Source: Candidatus Bathyarchaeota archaeon (GTDB lineage: Archaea; Thermoproteota; Bathyarchaeia; Bathyarchaeales; Bathycorpusculaceae). Taken from it: 64,000 nt of DNA. The notes under the pieces were generated by a model. It searched no databases, was not told the DNA's origin, and saw only the letters and a program-made list of their open reading frames with translations. Position 1 is the first letter of the stretch; every line of letters begins with the position of its first letter. Positions 1 through 9,793 of this stretch are shown one piece after another. Location of the stretch: assembly GCA_963832745.1 (NCBI GenBank), contig CAWHVC010000002.1:352001-416000 (forward strand), read 5' to 3'. A program made the translations under genes and the position numbers.

Positions 1-253
1 GGCCAAATGCTTTGTCGGCTGGAATCTCTACTGTTTCTTGTTTTTCTGGTTCCATGCCTAAGAGTGCATCGTCTAAAGCTTTTAGAACCCAGCCTTCGCC
101 TATAACAACAAGTTTAGGCTCGTATAATTCGCCTTCTTTGTGAAGGTGCTCTTTTTTTGATACTTCTTCATATGTTGTGTCAAAAACTTCGTTTGTTTCT
201 TTGACTTTGCCGGTATAATTAATTAGTATGAAATCTCCCTTTTGAAAGGTCAT
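1..253 (-). CDS. FKBP-type peptidyl-prolyl cis-trans isomerase (SlyD-like), runs off the window edge
   Basis: Hand translation from ATG at 253: MTFQKGDFILINYTGKVKETNEVFDTTYEE...VIGEGWVLKALDDAL...VEIPADKAFG, a typical archaeal FKBP N-terminus. Not in the ORF track. Confidence 0.9.
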   Translation of the reverse strand, partial: MTFQKGDFILINYTGKVKETNEVFDTTYEEVSKKEHLHKEGELYEPKLVVIGEGWVLKALDDALLGMEPEKQETVEIPADKAFG

Positions 254-429
254 TCTCGAATCATCCTTTAGATATACGGGCGAATTTAAGTTTCAAACGC
301 GAATAAAAACTTATCGAGCCCGAACACGCTGGCTTATACAAATAATATACTGTTGGTAAACTAAATAGTCTTTCTGTAAAATAATTCGGGGCTGGTTGAA
401 GTTCAGGTAAAAACAGGACAAACTTGAAA

Positions 430-945
430 CTATTTTTGAGAGTTTTGTTCTTTAAATTTTTCAAGTTCCTTTTGTAGCTCAGTGATTTTTGTTTGAATTT
501 CTGGCTTCCCGCATACTTGAGCAAAGGCTTGTATGTTTGCGTATATTGAGTAGTCTGTTGGGTCTGTTGTTTTGGGGACTTCGCCAAAAGCTGCGATTTC
601 ATGCATCATTCTTTTTTGTATGTCATTGTATATTTCAAACGCTGCTTTAAGGGTGGCATCTTTTGGTTGGTAGTTAAAGTATTGCTGTGGTGCGAACCAT
701 GTTGCGGTTGAACGGTAAAGTTTCCTTTCGAGGTTTCCAACTTTTTGGGTTTCTACGAGTTCTATAAGGTCGGCTTTTAGGAGTTTTTGTATTCTTCGCC
801 ACAGTTTCAGGGTTGGCATGTTTAGTTTTTCGGATAGTTCTGAGATGGATTGTTGTTTGTCTACGAGTTCTTTTAGGATTACTTGGTTGAAGGGGTCTGA
901 AACTATTTTGGTTCCTTCTTGGTCAAGAATTTTAACCAGTTTCAT
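430..945 (-). CDS. Winged helix-turn-helix (ArsR/HTH_20-like) transcriptional regulator
   Basis: SDPFNQVILKEL...SISELSEKL...RRIQKLLKADLI...ERKLYR pattern; divergent from an ABC operon. Confidence 0.8.
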   Translation of the reverse strand: MKLVKILDQEGTKIVSDPFNQVILKELVDKQQSISELSEKLNMPTLKLWRRIQKLLKADLIELVETQKVGNLERKLYRSTATWFAPQQYFNYQPKDATLKAAFEIYNDIQKRMMHEIAAFGEVPKTTDPTDYSIYANIQAFAQVCGKPEIQTKITELQKELEKFKEQNSQK

Positions 946-948
946 AAA

Positions 949-964
949 ATGAAAACGGTTTCAT
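949..964. promoter_or_regulatory. Perfect inverted repeat ATGAAA-ACGG-TTTCAT, candidate operator of the adjacent wHTH
   Basis: Read directly; lies in the 64-bp gap between the regulator and the ABC operon, just before a TATA-like CTTAAATA. Confidence 0.6.
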
Positions 965-1009
965 CTAACTTAAATAGTTATTGCTGCTATATTAAAGGAA
1001 ATCAAGGGG

Positions 1010-1963
1010 ATGCAAAACCCAATGATAGAAACAGAAAACCTAACCCGCCAATACGGCAACCTAACAGCAGTAGACAACGTCACACTCAAAATAGGCAAAG
1101 GCGAAGTATTCGGATTCCTCGGTCCAAACGGCGCAGGCAAAACCACCACAATCCGTATGCTGGCATGCCTCATCTCACCAACTAAAGGAACAGCAACAGT
1201 TGCAGGATACAACATCCAAAAAGACCCACTAAAAGTCCGCCAATCAGTAGGTATACTAACCGAAAACCCAAGCCTATACGAACGCCTGACAGCCTATGAA
1301 AACATGGACTTTTTTGCCCAAGCCTATGGCGTGGCAGATCCAGCCGAACGCCAAAAAAGAATCCAAGAACTCCTCGAATTCTTTAACCTATGGGACCGCA
1401 GAAACGACAAAGTAGGCACTTTCAGCAAGGGTATGAAGCAAAAAATGGCCATAATCCGCGCTACACTGCATAAGCCACCTGTACTATTCCTAGACGAACC
1501 CACATCCGGTTTAGACCCTGAGTCTGCCAAAGAAATACGTGACCTAATGGCTCAACTGAGCAAACGCGAGAAATGCACCATACTGCTGAGCACTCATCAT
1601 CTTGAGGACGCTGAGAAACTATGCAATAGAGTAATGATGATGAACAAAGGTCACTGTCTCCTAATAGGTAAGCCAGACGACTTACGAGAAAGAATTACCA
1701 CTCACCCAGTAATACAAGTTGATTTAACACAGGTAACCAGCAAAATCTTGTCTGCTTTAAAAGCAAACAGCAAAGTCAAAGAGGTCAATACAAAACCTGA
1801 AGAACCCAGCTTGCTGGTTAGCGTTGAAGATACACGAGCATCTACTCCTGAAATCGTCCGAGCCATAGTTGAGGCTGACGGGCAAATTCTCGGCGTAAAC
1901 GTGTTCCGTGCGTCGCTTGAAGAAGCATATCTTAAACTAATCAAGGGAGGAGAAACACAATGA
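1010..1963 (+). CDS. ABC-2 type transporter ATP-binding protein
   Basis: Walker A GPNGAGKTT, signature FSKGMKQK, Walker B LFLDEPT. Confidence 0.95.
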   Translation: MQNPMIETENLTRQYGNLTAVDNVTLKIGKGEVFGFLGPNGAGKTTTIRMLACLISPTKGTATVAGYNIQKDPLKVRQSVGILTENPSLYERLTAYENMDFFAQAYGVADPAERQKRIQELLEFFNLWDRRNDKVGTFSKGMKQKMAIIRATLHKPPVLFLDEPTSGLDPESAKEIRDLMAQLSKREKCTILLSTHHLEDAEKLCNRVMMMNKGHCLLIGKPDDLRERITTHPVIQVDLTQVTSKILSALKANSKVKEVNTKPEEPSLLVSVEDTRASTPEIVRAIVEADGQILGVNVFRASLEEAYLKLIKGGETQ

Positions 1964-2778
1964 ACTTCCACAATGCATGGTTAGTGTTCAAGAAAGATTG
2001 GCTTGAAATCAAACGAAACTGGCAAGTCCTACTGCCCATAATCATAGTGCCCATAGTGTTCTCAGTGATATTTCCAGTTATAATCGGCGGCATCGCAAAC
2101 GTACCCACAACAGGCATGAACAACACCCAGGACTTCCAAGCCTTAATCCCCAACCTGCCAGTAGACATTCAAAACATGCTTGCAAACTTTACCGCTAACC
2201 AATCAATGACTTACGTAATGGTGGTTTACTTCTTTGCACCATTCTTCCTGATCATTCCAATAATGGCTTCAAGCGTAATAGGCTCCGACAGCTTTGCAGG
2301 CGAAAGAGAACGAAAAACCATAGAAGCACTCTTAGCCACACCCCTAACTGACAGCGAACTCTTACTAGGCAAAATCCTCGTCAGCTTCATCCCAGCCATG
2401 ATAGTCACCTTCGTATCCTACGGTGTCTACATGACAATCGTCGACGTAATGACATACGGCACATTTGGAATGCTGTTACTTCCAAACGTAAACTGGCTGA
2501 TAATGATGTTCGGCGTAACTCCCGCCATCGCACTTTGCAGCATAGGCTTAACCGTCATGATATCCTCAAAAGTCAAAGGCTTCCGAGAAGCACAACAAAT
2601 CAGCGTCGTACTACTACTGCCAGTTTTGGGCTTAGTGTTTGCGCAAATCTCAGGCTTCCTGGTACTTGGCCCACTGGTGCTCGCCGCTCTCATAGCCTTA
2701 CTTGCAACCGTTGACGCAGCCATATTCTACATGAGCCTAAAAATCTTTAGAAGAGAAGAAATCCTCGCCAAGCAATAA
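1960..2778 (+). CDS. ABC-2 type transporter permease
   Basis: Hydrophobic helices, GERERKTIEALLATP motif, ATGA overlap with the ATPase. Confidence 0.9.
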   Translation: MNFHNAWLVFKKDWLEIKRNWQVLLPIIIVPIVFSVIFPVIIGGIANVPTTGMNNTQDFQALIPNLPVDIQNMLANFTANQSMTYVMVVYFFAPFFLIIPIMASSVIGSDSFAGERERKTIEALLATPLTDSELLLGKILVSFIPAMIVTFVSYGVYMTIVDVMTYGTFGMLLLPNVNWLIMMFGVTPAIALCSIGLTVMISSKVKGFREAQQISVVLLLPVLGLVFAQISGFLVLGPLVLAALIALLATVDAAIFYMSLKIFRREEILAKQ

Positions 2779-2779
2779 A

Positions 2780-3280
2780 CTAATCGGATAACAGTTTGGC
2801 AGCGTCCCAGTACTTGTCGCTGACATAATGCAGCGTCTTAATTACTGGCCCCTTTTTTGTTTCCCTCAATGTTGCAGCGTCAAGCATGCTTTCACCCAAA
2901 GCCAAAGCTTTTCCATATTTTTCATCGACAACCACAACAAGGTCACCTACGCCGAATTCGCCTTCAACACGGCGGATTCCTGGAGCCATCACATTTGCGC
3001 CTTTGCACACATAGGGTACAGCGCCCATGTCAACGGTGATTTTTGGGGCGGCGTTTATGAATTCGTTGAATCCTAAAAGCGGCAAGAAAATGTCAGTTTT
3101 GAACATTACGGGTTTTGTGTTGATTAAGTAGATTTGGCCAACTTCCGATTCGACCACTTCAATGTTTGCTTTACTGCCAAATAATGTGTCAAAATCCAGT
3201 TTGAACCGTTGGGTTGCTTCGCTTAGGATTTGTTTGGCTTCTTTAGATTTTAAGGAGTAACGTCGTTGTTTTGATGGCAT
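2780..3280 (-). CDS. PUA-domain RNA-binding protein (DUF1947/Tma20-MCT1-like)
   Basis: VDMGAVPYVCKGANVMAPGI PUA motif; LHYVSDKYW end. Confidence 0.9.
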   Translation of the reverse strand: MPSKQRRYSLKSKEAKQILSEATQRFKLDFDTLFGSKANIEVVESEVGQIYLINTKPVMFKTDIFLPLLGFNEFINAAPKITVDMGAVPYVCKGANVMAPGIRRVEGEFGVGDLVVVVDEKYGKALALGESMLDAATLRETKKGPVIKTLHYVSDKYWDAAKLLSD

Positions 3281-3312
3281 AAATTAACCTGCTTTATGCG
3301 TAAGTTTGTTGC

Positions 3313-3930
3313 TTAATTAATTTTTTCCAAGTTTTCCTGACTGTCGCTTTGGGTGGCTTTCTTTTTCATGAAACGTTTGGCAAGTTTGCCCATATCAACT
3401 TTAAGCAAAACAACCGTGATGATTACAGTAAGGACTATGGACATAGCTACCATTACTTCTGGGCTAATCCAGTTTGAGAAGGTGTTGCCAATTTGGTTTC
3501 CCAAAAACGCTCCAATAACAGTGATTGAAAGCTTGCCTAAGAAGTATGCTAAGAAGAATTTTGATATGCTGTACTTCATTAAGCCAAGTGGAATAACGAT
3601 TGGTTCATCTGGAATTGGTGTTGCAGCTGCTACGTAAAGTAGTAGGAAAGCCCATTTTCTTATTTTTGCAGCGTCTGCATCAAGTTTTGCGCGTCTCTGT
3701 TCATTTAGGTGTTTGCTGACAAAAAAGGTAACTCCGTAATGGATGCCTTTTGCTAAGGTTGCGCCTAAAGCGACGAGAATGCCTATTAGTAAAAGTGAGG
3801 CAAAGTCAGCGTTTACTAAGCCGACGGTGGCGGTTGAGGCAATGAACAGGTTTGATGGTCCCGCGAACGGTATAAGGTTAAACCCGAAAGATATTAAGAA
3901 TATGATTACGAATTCAATTATGGGTAGCAT
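3313..3930 (-). CDS. DedA/VTT (SNARE-associated) family membrane protein
   Basis: Multi-TM; ATPIPDEPIVIPLGLMKY motif; start moved to ATG at 3930. Confidence 0.75.
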   Translation of the reverse strand: MLPIIEFVIIFLISFGFNLIPFAGPSNLFIASTATVGLVNADFASLLLIGILVALGATLAKGIHYGVTFFVSKHLNEQRRAKLDADAAKIRKWAFLLLYVAAATPIPDEPIVIPLGLMKYSISKFFLAYFLGKLSITVIGAFLGNQIGNTFSNWISPEVMVAMSIVLTVIITVVLLKVDMGKLAKRFMKKKATQSDSQENLEKIN

Positions 3931-4115
3931 TTTCGGGTTTTCACTGTCCTCCTCTTTAGAGAAGAGGTAATTGCGACACTTATAAGTGCAAGCGTGTAAC
4001 ATTACACTTACACCCAGCTAAATTCTTAAATTGTTGTAGCCCCTCTACAGTCACAATTGTTTTTAAAACAAGTTACCGATTGTTAATCAAATAAATCAAT
4101 TGAGGAGAAGAAAAA

Positions 4116-4529
4116 ATGATTATAGAGCAAATGGATTTGACAAGTTTATTTTTTACGATAATTAGTTTAATAGTTCTTTGGATTGTTGTGTCTATTCCTG
4201 TTTGGATTGCCGGAAAAGCAATTGCAGGCAGCAAAGCATCTTTTGGAGACGCCCTACTAGCAACCTTAGCAGGACCTATAGTTTACGCTATAGTGATATT
4301 TCTTGTGGACTTTGCTTTAGGCGGCATACTAGGTTCAGCAGCTTACGCGTTTGGTTACATACTTGCATTAATCGCGTGGATATGGGTCTTTAAGGCAAGC
4401 TTCGGGACAGGCTGGATAAAAGCAATCTTAATCGCCCTATTAGCCTGGGTTATCTTCATTGCCCTGAGTATAATTGTTGGAATCCTCTTTGGAGTGGCGT
4501 ACCCAGCGCCATTTTTCCCAACCATCTAG
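4116..4529 (+). CDS. Hypothetical membrane protein (~4 TM)
   Basis: GAGGAG upstream, hydrophobic ORF, T-tract after the stop. Confidence 0.75.
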   Translation: MIIEQMDLTSLFFTIISLIVLWIVVSIPVWIAGKAIAGSKASFGDALLATLAGPIVYAIVIFLVDFALGGILGSAAYAFGYILALIAWIWVFKASFGTGWIKAILIALLAWVIFIALSIIVGILFGVAYPAPFFPTI

Positions 4530-4835
4530 AGGTAACCCTTTTTATTTTTTCTATAGTTTGTGACTACAAAGTGAGACAACATTTGTTTTTATGCGATTTT
4601 ACCGATAAGCTGCTTGTGGATTGCTGAGAGCTTAAGTGGTCTATCTGCTGACAAGAAATGAAGGTTCCCTTTACTCTTTTCACCTTCTCTCTATGTTAGC
4701 ACACGGATAGAACCATTTATCCAGATTTTTGTTGACTAAAATTAAAATTGAATATTTTCGAAATTTACTCTTCGTGAAATTGCATTTAATCTGAAAAATT
4801 CAAGAAAAAAAATAAAAAGTTGATATCTTGTTCTT

Positions 4836-5606
4836 CTACTTGACGATAATTGTTTTGAATTCGCTTCTGATATGCTTAGGTTTTTGGTCTCGGTCGTATT
4901 GCGCGTAGATTTCGCCTTTGTTATCCCAGAAGTCAAATGTTCTAGCCTCCCAACCGATAGCAAAAGAACCATCTTCTTCAGCGTATCCTCTTGCCAGAAC
5001 TTCATCAAAAAGGAATGATCTATCATGTTCTCTGATGGAAACTTGAATCTTTCCTTTTCCTTGGCAGTTTTCAGTGATTTTTCCTTTGAAATATACGACA
5101 TCGCCTTTTGCTACTGTAGCTGGCAGATCATATAATTCAAGTTTAAGCCCTTCATCGCAGACAGGTTCCTCCATCATTTCAGCAGTTGTTACTACTGTGC
5201 TTTCCATTGCAGCTTCCTCGTTTGTTGCTTTTTTTGTCACTGTTAGGTCTTCGATTGGTGCATTGCAACTGGATTGTACTGCTTTAATTCCGTTAATGCA
5301 GCCTTCTTTACTTACATAACCCTCGCTTGCAGCAATAATCTCGCCGTTCCTAGCGTTCAAATGGAATCTGTATCCGCAGGCTTTGTCAAAGAAAACTTGG
5401 TATTTTGGGTTAGGAATTCTTGTTCCTTCAGTTGTCATATCTTCGATTTCTGAACTGCAATTATCCTGTACACTTTTTACGCCATTGAGACATCCTAAAT
5501 GGTTTTCGTATCCTTGGCTTACAACTACTATCTTGTTGTTTTCAGCTTTTAGCCTAAACCTGAATTTTCCAGCAACGTCTTTGTATACTTGATATTTTGC
5601 TCCCAT
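4836..5606 (-). CDS. Tandem DUF1508 (YegP-like) protein with an extra beta-rich C-terminal domain
   Basis: Two repeats: GKFRFRLKAENNKIVVVSQGY and GYRFHLNARNGEIIAASEGY. Confidence 0.85.
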   Translation of the reverse strand: MGAKYQVYKDVAGKFRFRLKAENNKIVVVSQGYENHLGCLNGVKSVQDNCSSEIEDMTTEGTRIPNPKYQVFFDKACGYRFHLNARNGEIIAASEGYVSKEGCINGIKAVQSSCNAPIEDLTVTKKATNEEAAMESTVVTTAEMMEEPVCDEGLKLELYDLPATVAKGDVVYFKGKITENCQGKGKIQVSIREHDRSFLFDEVLARGYAEEDGSFAIGWEARTFDFWDNKGEIYAQYDRDQKPKHIRSEFKTIIVK

Positions 5607-5916
5607 AGAAATCAACAATAGCTTGCTCGTTAACCATGTTTATATCTTTTTTATTTAAAATGTTAAATTTTAACATGCAAGTTGGCGTATTATTGCTGAT
5701 TTTCCTCTAATGTGTTTCTCAATTCTGCGATCAAGTTTTTTTGGGCCAAGTACATCATAAATTTTTTCTTACAATAGGATATTTTAAAACAGATGTTTTT
5801 TCTATTATATTGATAATTAAGAGGATACAAACAACTTTCCAACAGAGTTGATTAGATAGGTTTAAATTGAGAGAGATAAAGTATAGAAAGAGATAAAGAT
5901 ACTTGAGGATTCCAAT

Positions 5917-6144
5917 ATGAGCGAAATGACAACTGAAATCCTTGAACAGAACCTCAGCAAAATCGTACTTGTACGATTAAAAGGTGGAAAAAGCCTCAGA
6001 GGAAGACTGAAGGGTTTCGATCAACACTTAAACTTAGTTCTGGAAGAAACAGAAGACACTACAGTAGTTGAAAATCAACGAAAACTAGGGCTAATAATCG
6101 TTCGTGGAGATAACGTAGTCCTTATTTCGCCTCCGCCGCGGTGA
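5917..6144 (+). CDS. Sm-like (Lsm/SmAP) RNA-binding protein
   Basis: GRLKGFDQHLNLVL and IVRGDNVVLISP Sm motifs; conserved adjacency to rpl37e. Confidence 0.95.
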   Translation: MSEMTTEILEQNLSKIVLVRLKGGKSLRGRLKGFDQHLNLVLEETEDTTVVENQRKLGLIIVRGDNVVLISPPPR

Positions 6145-6149
6145 CTTAA

Positions 6150-6338
6150 ATGGGTAAAGGAACGCCATCAATGGGCAAGCGCCAGGGCAAAACTGTCCAC
6201 ATTAAATGCAGGCGCTGCGGAAGACGAGCTTATCACGTACGTCATAAGCGTTGTGCAGCTTGCGGTTACGGTGCAACAACAACTATGCGCCACTATAATT
6301 GGCAAAGAAAGACTCTTAACCGCGTGAGAGTCGTCTAA
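6150..6338 (+). CDS. rpl37e: 50S ribosomal protein L37e
   Basis: [11 protein letters not shown]...[13 protein letters not shown]...CAACGYG. Confidence 0.97.
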   Translation: MGKGTPSMGKRQGKTVHIKCRRCGRRAYHVRHKRCAACGYGATTTMRHYNWQRKTLNRVRVV

Positions 6339-6591
6339 AGCCCCCTTCTTAACTTTTAAACCAATTTAAAATATTTTTTAGCTGTCTTTTTGTCCTTTAC
6401 GGTAAACAATGTTTAATTCATGTTTGTAGTTATTCGACTTCAAAAATGGATTGCCCTTAAGATGGCCTTGCTTATCCTGCTAAAAGTTTTATTGGCAAAA
6501 TTCATCCGCTTTTTTTCTGCAGATCATGAACAACCTTAGTGTAAAATTAAAGAACCCCCTTTACGATTCTAAAATTGAAGGCATATGACTT

Positions 6592-6985
6592 GGACAAGCC
6601 TCCTATGCTGATAGATTACTTAAGACAACTGATCTTGTTATTATCCTAACATTCACAGGCATGTCACTTGCCTGTATAGAATCAAATCTGCAAAGTGCCA
6701 TGCGACCAATTCTAGAAAACATCCTTGTCTGCAATCAGGGCGTCACTGTAAGCAACGGAGACTACAACCTTTCCTATTCAATGAAGGCGCGGGATTCAAC
6801 AATAGTAAATGAACTATTCATTAAAGCAATAAACGTTACCGACCGCAGTATGACCGTTGAAGTTAGTGGGTTAAGCATTTACTAACGGTACTGCCATAAA
6901 CGCAGTGAATCCGCTGGATTATCCAATAGGTGGCGGTGATACTCTTCAAGTGAGCATTACCCTATGCAAATATCGCTTCAAATGA
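6592..6985 (+). pseudogene. Frameshifted remnant of a small surface/secreted protein
   Basis: Open frame ...VSGLSIY* continues in another frame as NGTAINAVNPLDYPIGGGDTLQVSITL; no clean start. Confidence 0.4.
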
Positions 6986-7069
6986 AACAATACTAACAAT
7001 ATTTGCTTCTAAAGCTATGTATTGCATAGTGCTTCATTAAAAGTGCGTTAAGAACTGATTTCAAAGAAA

Positions 7070-7281
7070 CCTATTATTGTGCTGTTTTCGCTGCTTTATT
7101 TTTTATATCAACCTATTAGGCTCCTATTAGAGGTTCTATGTTGAAACCTATAGAGGGTAGGGTAAAAGCTCAGTCTATTTGGGGTCTAATCTCCAATCAT
7201 TGCAGAAAACGTAAAGGGGTTCTAAAAAACGTTAGGAGTGGAAACCTGAATTGGCTGAAAAAGGCGTTGGCATAAGCATGT
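7070..7281 (-). repeat. Diverged copy D of the dispersed intergenic element
   Basis: On the minus strand: AACATGCTTATG..CTTTTTCAG, CTGCAATGATTGGAGATTAGACCCCAAATAG, CCCTACCCTCTATAGG, AAAGCAGCGAAAACAGC, matching blocks of copies A/B/C. Confidence 0.5.
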
Positions 7282-7944
7282 TTAAAAAGCAGTAGGCTGC
7301 GAATCTTTTATGGCTTGGAAAACCTTGTCAGCAACAAACTGCGAACCCTCAACAGTTAGATGAACCCCGTCAGAGGAAAACTCTGGATGCATCAGCATTT
7401 CATCGTAGAAATCAATAAGGGGCAAGCCGGTTTCGTTTGCGATTTGCCTTATTTGCGGAATTATCTGCCCCACCAAAATGGTACTGTTTGGTCCCAGACT
7501 ATCATCAAAAATAGTTGGAGGCACTACCAAAAATATTTGCGGTTTGCTAGGCAACTCTTGGAAGGCAGAAATCAGCAGTTTGTAGTCGCTTGTGAAGTTG
7601 CCGATGATTGGCTGGTACCATGTTATGGCATCATTGGTTCCTAACATGATAACAACTTTGTCTGGCAGGAAATCTTTGGCTTGCGTGAAAACCGACTGAT
7701 TCATGTACGGTTTTGACGTTGCCAACGAGACTGAAGCTAAACCGATACCAAAGTTGCCTACCGAATAGTTGCTTCCTAACAGTTTGGATAAATCAGTAAC
7801 GTAACTTGAGCCTTTAGTTATGCTGTCGCCTACGCAGGCAACGCGAATCCCGTCCTCGCTTGGCGCTATCAGAAACCATACTGTTAAGCCGCTTACAACA
7901 AGTACAACAATCAGCACCACAGGCAGGACAAGTTTAGTTTTCAT
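7282..7944 (-). CDS. SGNH/GDSL hydrolase with N-terminal membrane anchor
   Basis: GDSIT block I, GTND block III, DGVHL block V. Confidence 0.93.
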   Translation of the reverse strand: MKTKLVLPVVLIVVLVVSGLTVWFLIAPSEDGIRVACVGDSITKGSSYVTDLSKLLGSNYSVGNFGIGLASVSLATSKPYMNQSVFTQAKDFLPDKVVIMLGTNDAITWYQPIIGNFTSDYKLLISAFQELPSKPQIFLVVPPTIFDDSLGPNSTILVGQIIPQIRQIANETGLPLIDFYDEMLMHPEFSSDGVHLTVEGSQFVADKVFQAIKDSQPTAF

Positions 7945-8028
7945 CTGGGTATCAAGTAATAATAATTGTTTTTACCGTTAAAGTCTTTAAGTAATTCCAT
8001 CTTAAAATAACGTTTAATTGGTGTACCA

Positions 8029-8922
8029 TTGGATAAAACTGACATTATAATTTGCCAGATGCTGCTTACTCAATCAAGAACGTCCTACCGAGAACTTGCT
8101 GACAAACTTAACCTGTCCGTAACAGCTGTTCACAACCGCATCCAAGCACTAATCGATATGGGCATAATACGCCAGTTCATAGCGCGTCCAAGCATAATTG
8201 CCCAAAACGCCATCCATGTCCTCATCATCGGCGCCTCAAAAACCGAAAACATCCGCAGTTTAACTCCAAAACTGGCAAAACATGGTTCAATTTATTGGCT
8301 TGCAGTTGGCGGAGGAAACATCCTCTTCATTGGCGCATACCTAAAAAACATCAGCGAACTTGAAGAGTTAACCAGTTTTGTTAAAGAAAATGCCCAAATT
8401 CCCGAACCAACAGTCGGAATAACCCGTTCACCCATACCTGCCAACCTGAAAAACCTCAAATTAGAAACTGAACTTTGCGATTTGGACTACAAAATCATCC
8501 GATGCCTAAAAAATGATTCAAGAAAACCAGTCGCCGACGTAGCTGAAGAAATTGGTGTTTCAGCAAAAACCGTTCGCCGCAGACTTGAGAGGATGACAAA
8601 AAACTATCTAATTGAACTATCAATAGAATGGTTCCCTGACGCTTCCAACGACATAATCAGCGTTTTTTATGTGCACCTTAAACCTGACGCTGACAAAAAT
8701 ACGCCAAACGTGATAATGGCAAAGAACTATCCTAACACCTTGTTCTATTGGGGTTTTAGCAACCTACCAAACAATTACTTTTTCATGACTTGGAGTCCAA
8801 CAAGCCGAGATGTCAAAGATTTGCGTGAAAAAATCGAGCAAGAACCCAGTGTGCAGTCGGTAGCGCCAAACATAATCTTCACTGGCTACGTTTTTGAAAC
8901 CTGGCGAGACAATTACCCGTAA
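8029..8922 (+). CDS. Tandem Lrp/AsnC family transcriptional regulator
   Basis: Two HTH-AsnC units (SYRELADKLNLS; PVADVAEEIGVSAKTVRRRL). Confidence 0.9.
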   Translation: MDKTDIIICQMLLTQSRTSYRELADKLNLSVTAVHNRIQALIDMGIIRQFIARPSIIAQNAIHVLIIGASKTENIRSLTPKLAKHGSIYWLAVGGGNILFIGAYLKNISELEELTSFVKENAQIPEPTVGITRSPIPANLKNLKLETELCDLDYKIIRCLKNDSRKPVADVAEEIGVSAKTVRRRLERMTKNYLIELSIEWFPDASNDIISVFYVHLKPDADKNTPNVIMAKNYPNTLFYWGFSNLPNNYFFMTWSPTSRDVKDLREKIEQEPSVQSVAPNIIFTGYVFETWRDNYP

Positions 8923-9049
8923 GTGCCCTTTTTTCAATCAACTGGTTAAAGAAAGAGCACAAAAAGGCCCGTTAGAGACCGTTTTTTTAATTATAAGGTA
9001 AACAAGAACCTAAATTCTCAAACGCCCCTGTAACATTCAGTGAACTGAA

Positions 9050-9793
9050 ATGGTTACAGCAATAACAATAGAGAATTTAACCAAAAAATATGATGACAAA
9101 ACAGCCTTGGACGGCCTAAGCCTCCACATTGAAAAAGGCGAACTCTTCGGACTACTTGGTCCAAACGGGGCAGGAAAAACAACAACAATAAACATCCTTT
9201 GCGGATTAATCAACCCCACAAGCGGCACAGCACAAATCCTTGGATACGACGTCCAAAAAGACAAAAGCAAAGTCAAAGAACAAATCGGCGTATGTATACA
9301 AGAAACAGCAATTTACCCTTATATGACAGGTACCGAAAACCTTGAACTCTTCGGTAACCTGCACTGCATGAACAAAAACACCCTAAAAACAAGAAGCAAC
9401 ATGCTACTTGACAAAATGGGTCTAACAGAGGACGCCAAACGTAGGGCAGGCAAATACAGTGGCGGCATGAAACGTCGATTAAGCCTTGCTCTTGCGTTGA
9501 TTCATGACCCAGAAATCGCTTTTTTGGATGAACCCACAGTCGCCATGGACCCGCAGTCGCGCCATGCAGTTTGGGACGTAATAAGTGAACAGAAAAGTAA
9601 CGGAAAAACCATCATTCTCACAACACACGCCATGGAAGAAGCAGAAAACCTCTGTGACAGAGTTGGCATAATTGACCATGGCAAACTCATCGCTCTTGGA
9701 ACACCAAAAGAACTTATCAGCAAATGCGGCGTAAAAAATCTTGAAGAAGTCTTCATACAACTCACAGGCCGAAACATCAGGGAGGAAGCCTAA
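9050..9793 (+). CDS. ABC transporter ATP-binding protein (DrrA-like)
   Basis: GPNGAGKTT, YSGGMKRR, FLDEPT. Confidence 0.95.
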   Translation: MVTAITIENLTKKYDDKTALDGLSLHIEKGELFGLLGPNGAGKTTTINILCGLINPTSGTAQILGYDVQKDKSKVKEQIGVCIQETAIYPYMTGTENLELFGNLHCMNKNTLKTRSNMLLDKMGLTEDAKRRAGKYSGGMKRRLSLALALIHDPEIAFLDEPTVAMDPQSRHAVWDVISEQKSNGKTIILTTHAMEEAENLCDRVGIIDHGKLIALGTPKELISKCGVKNLEEVFIQLTGRNIREEA

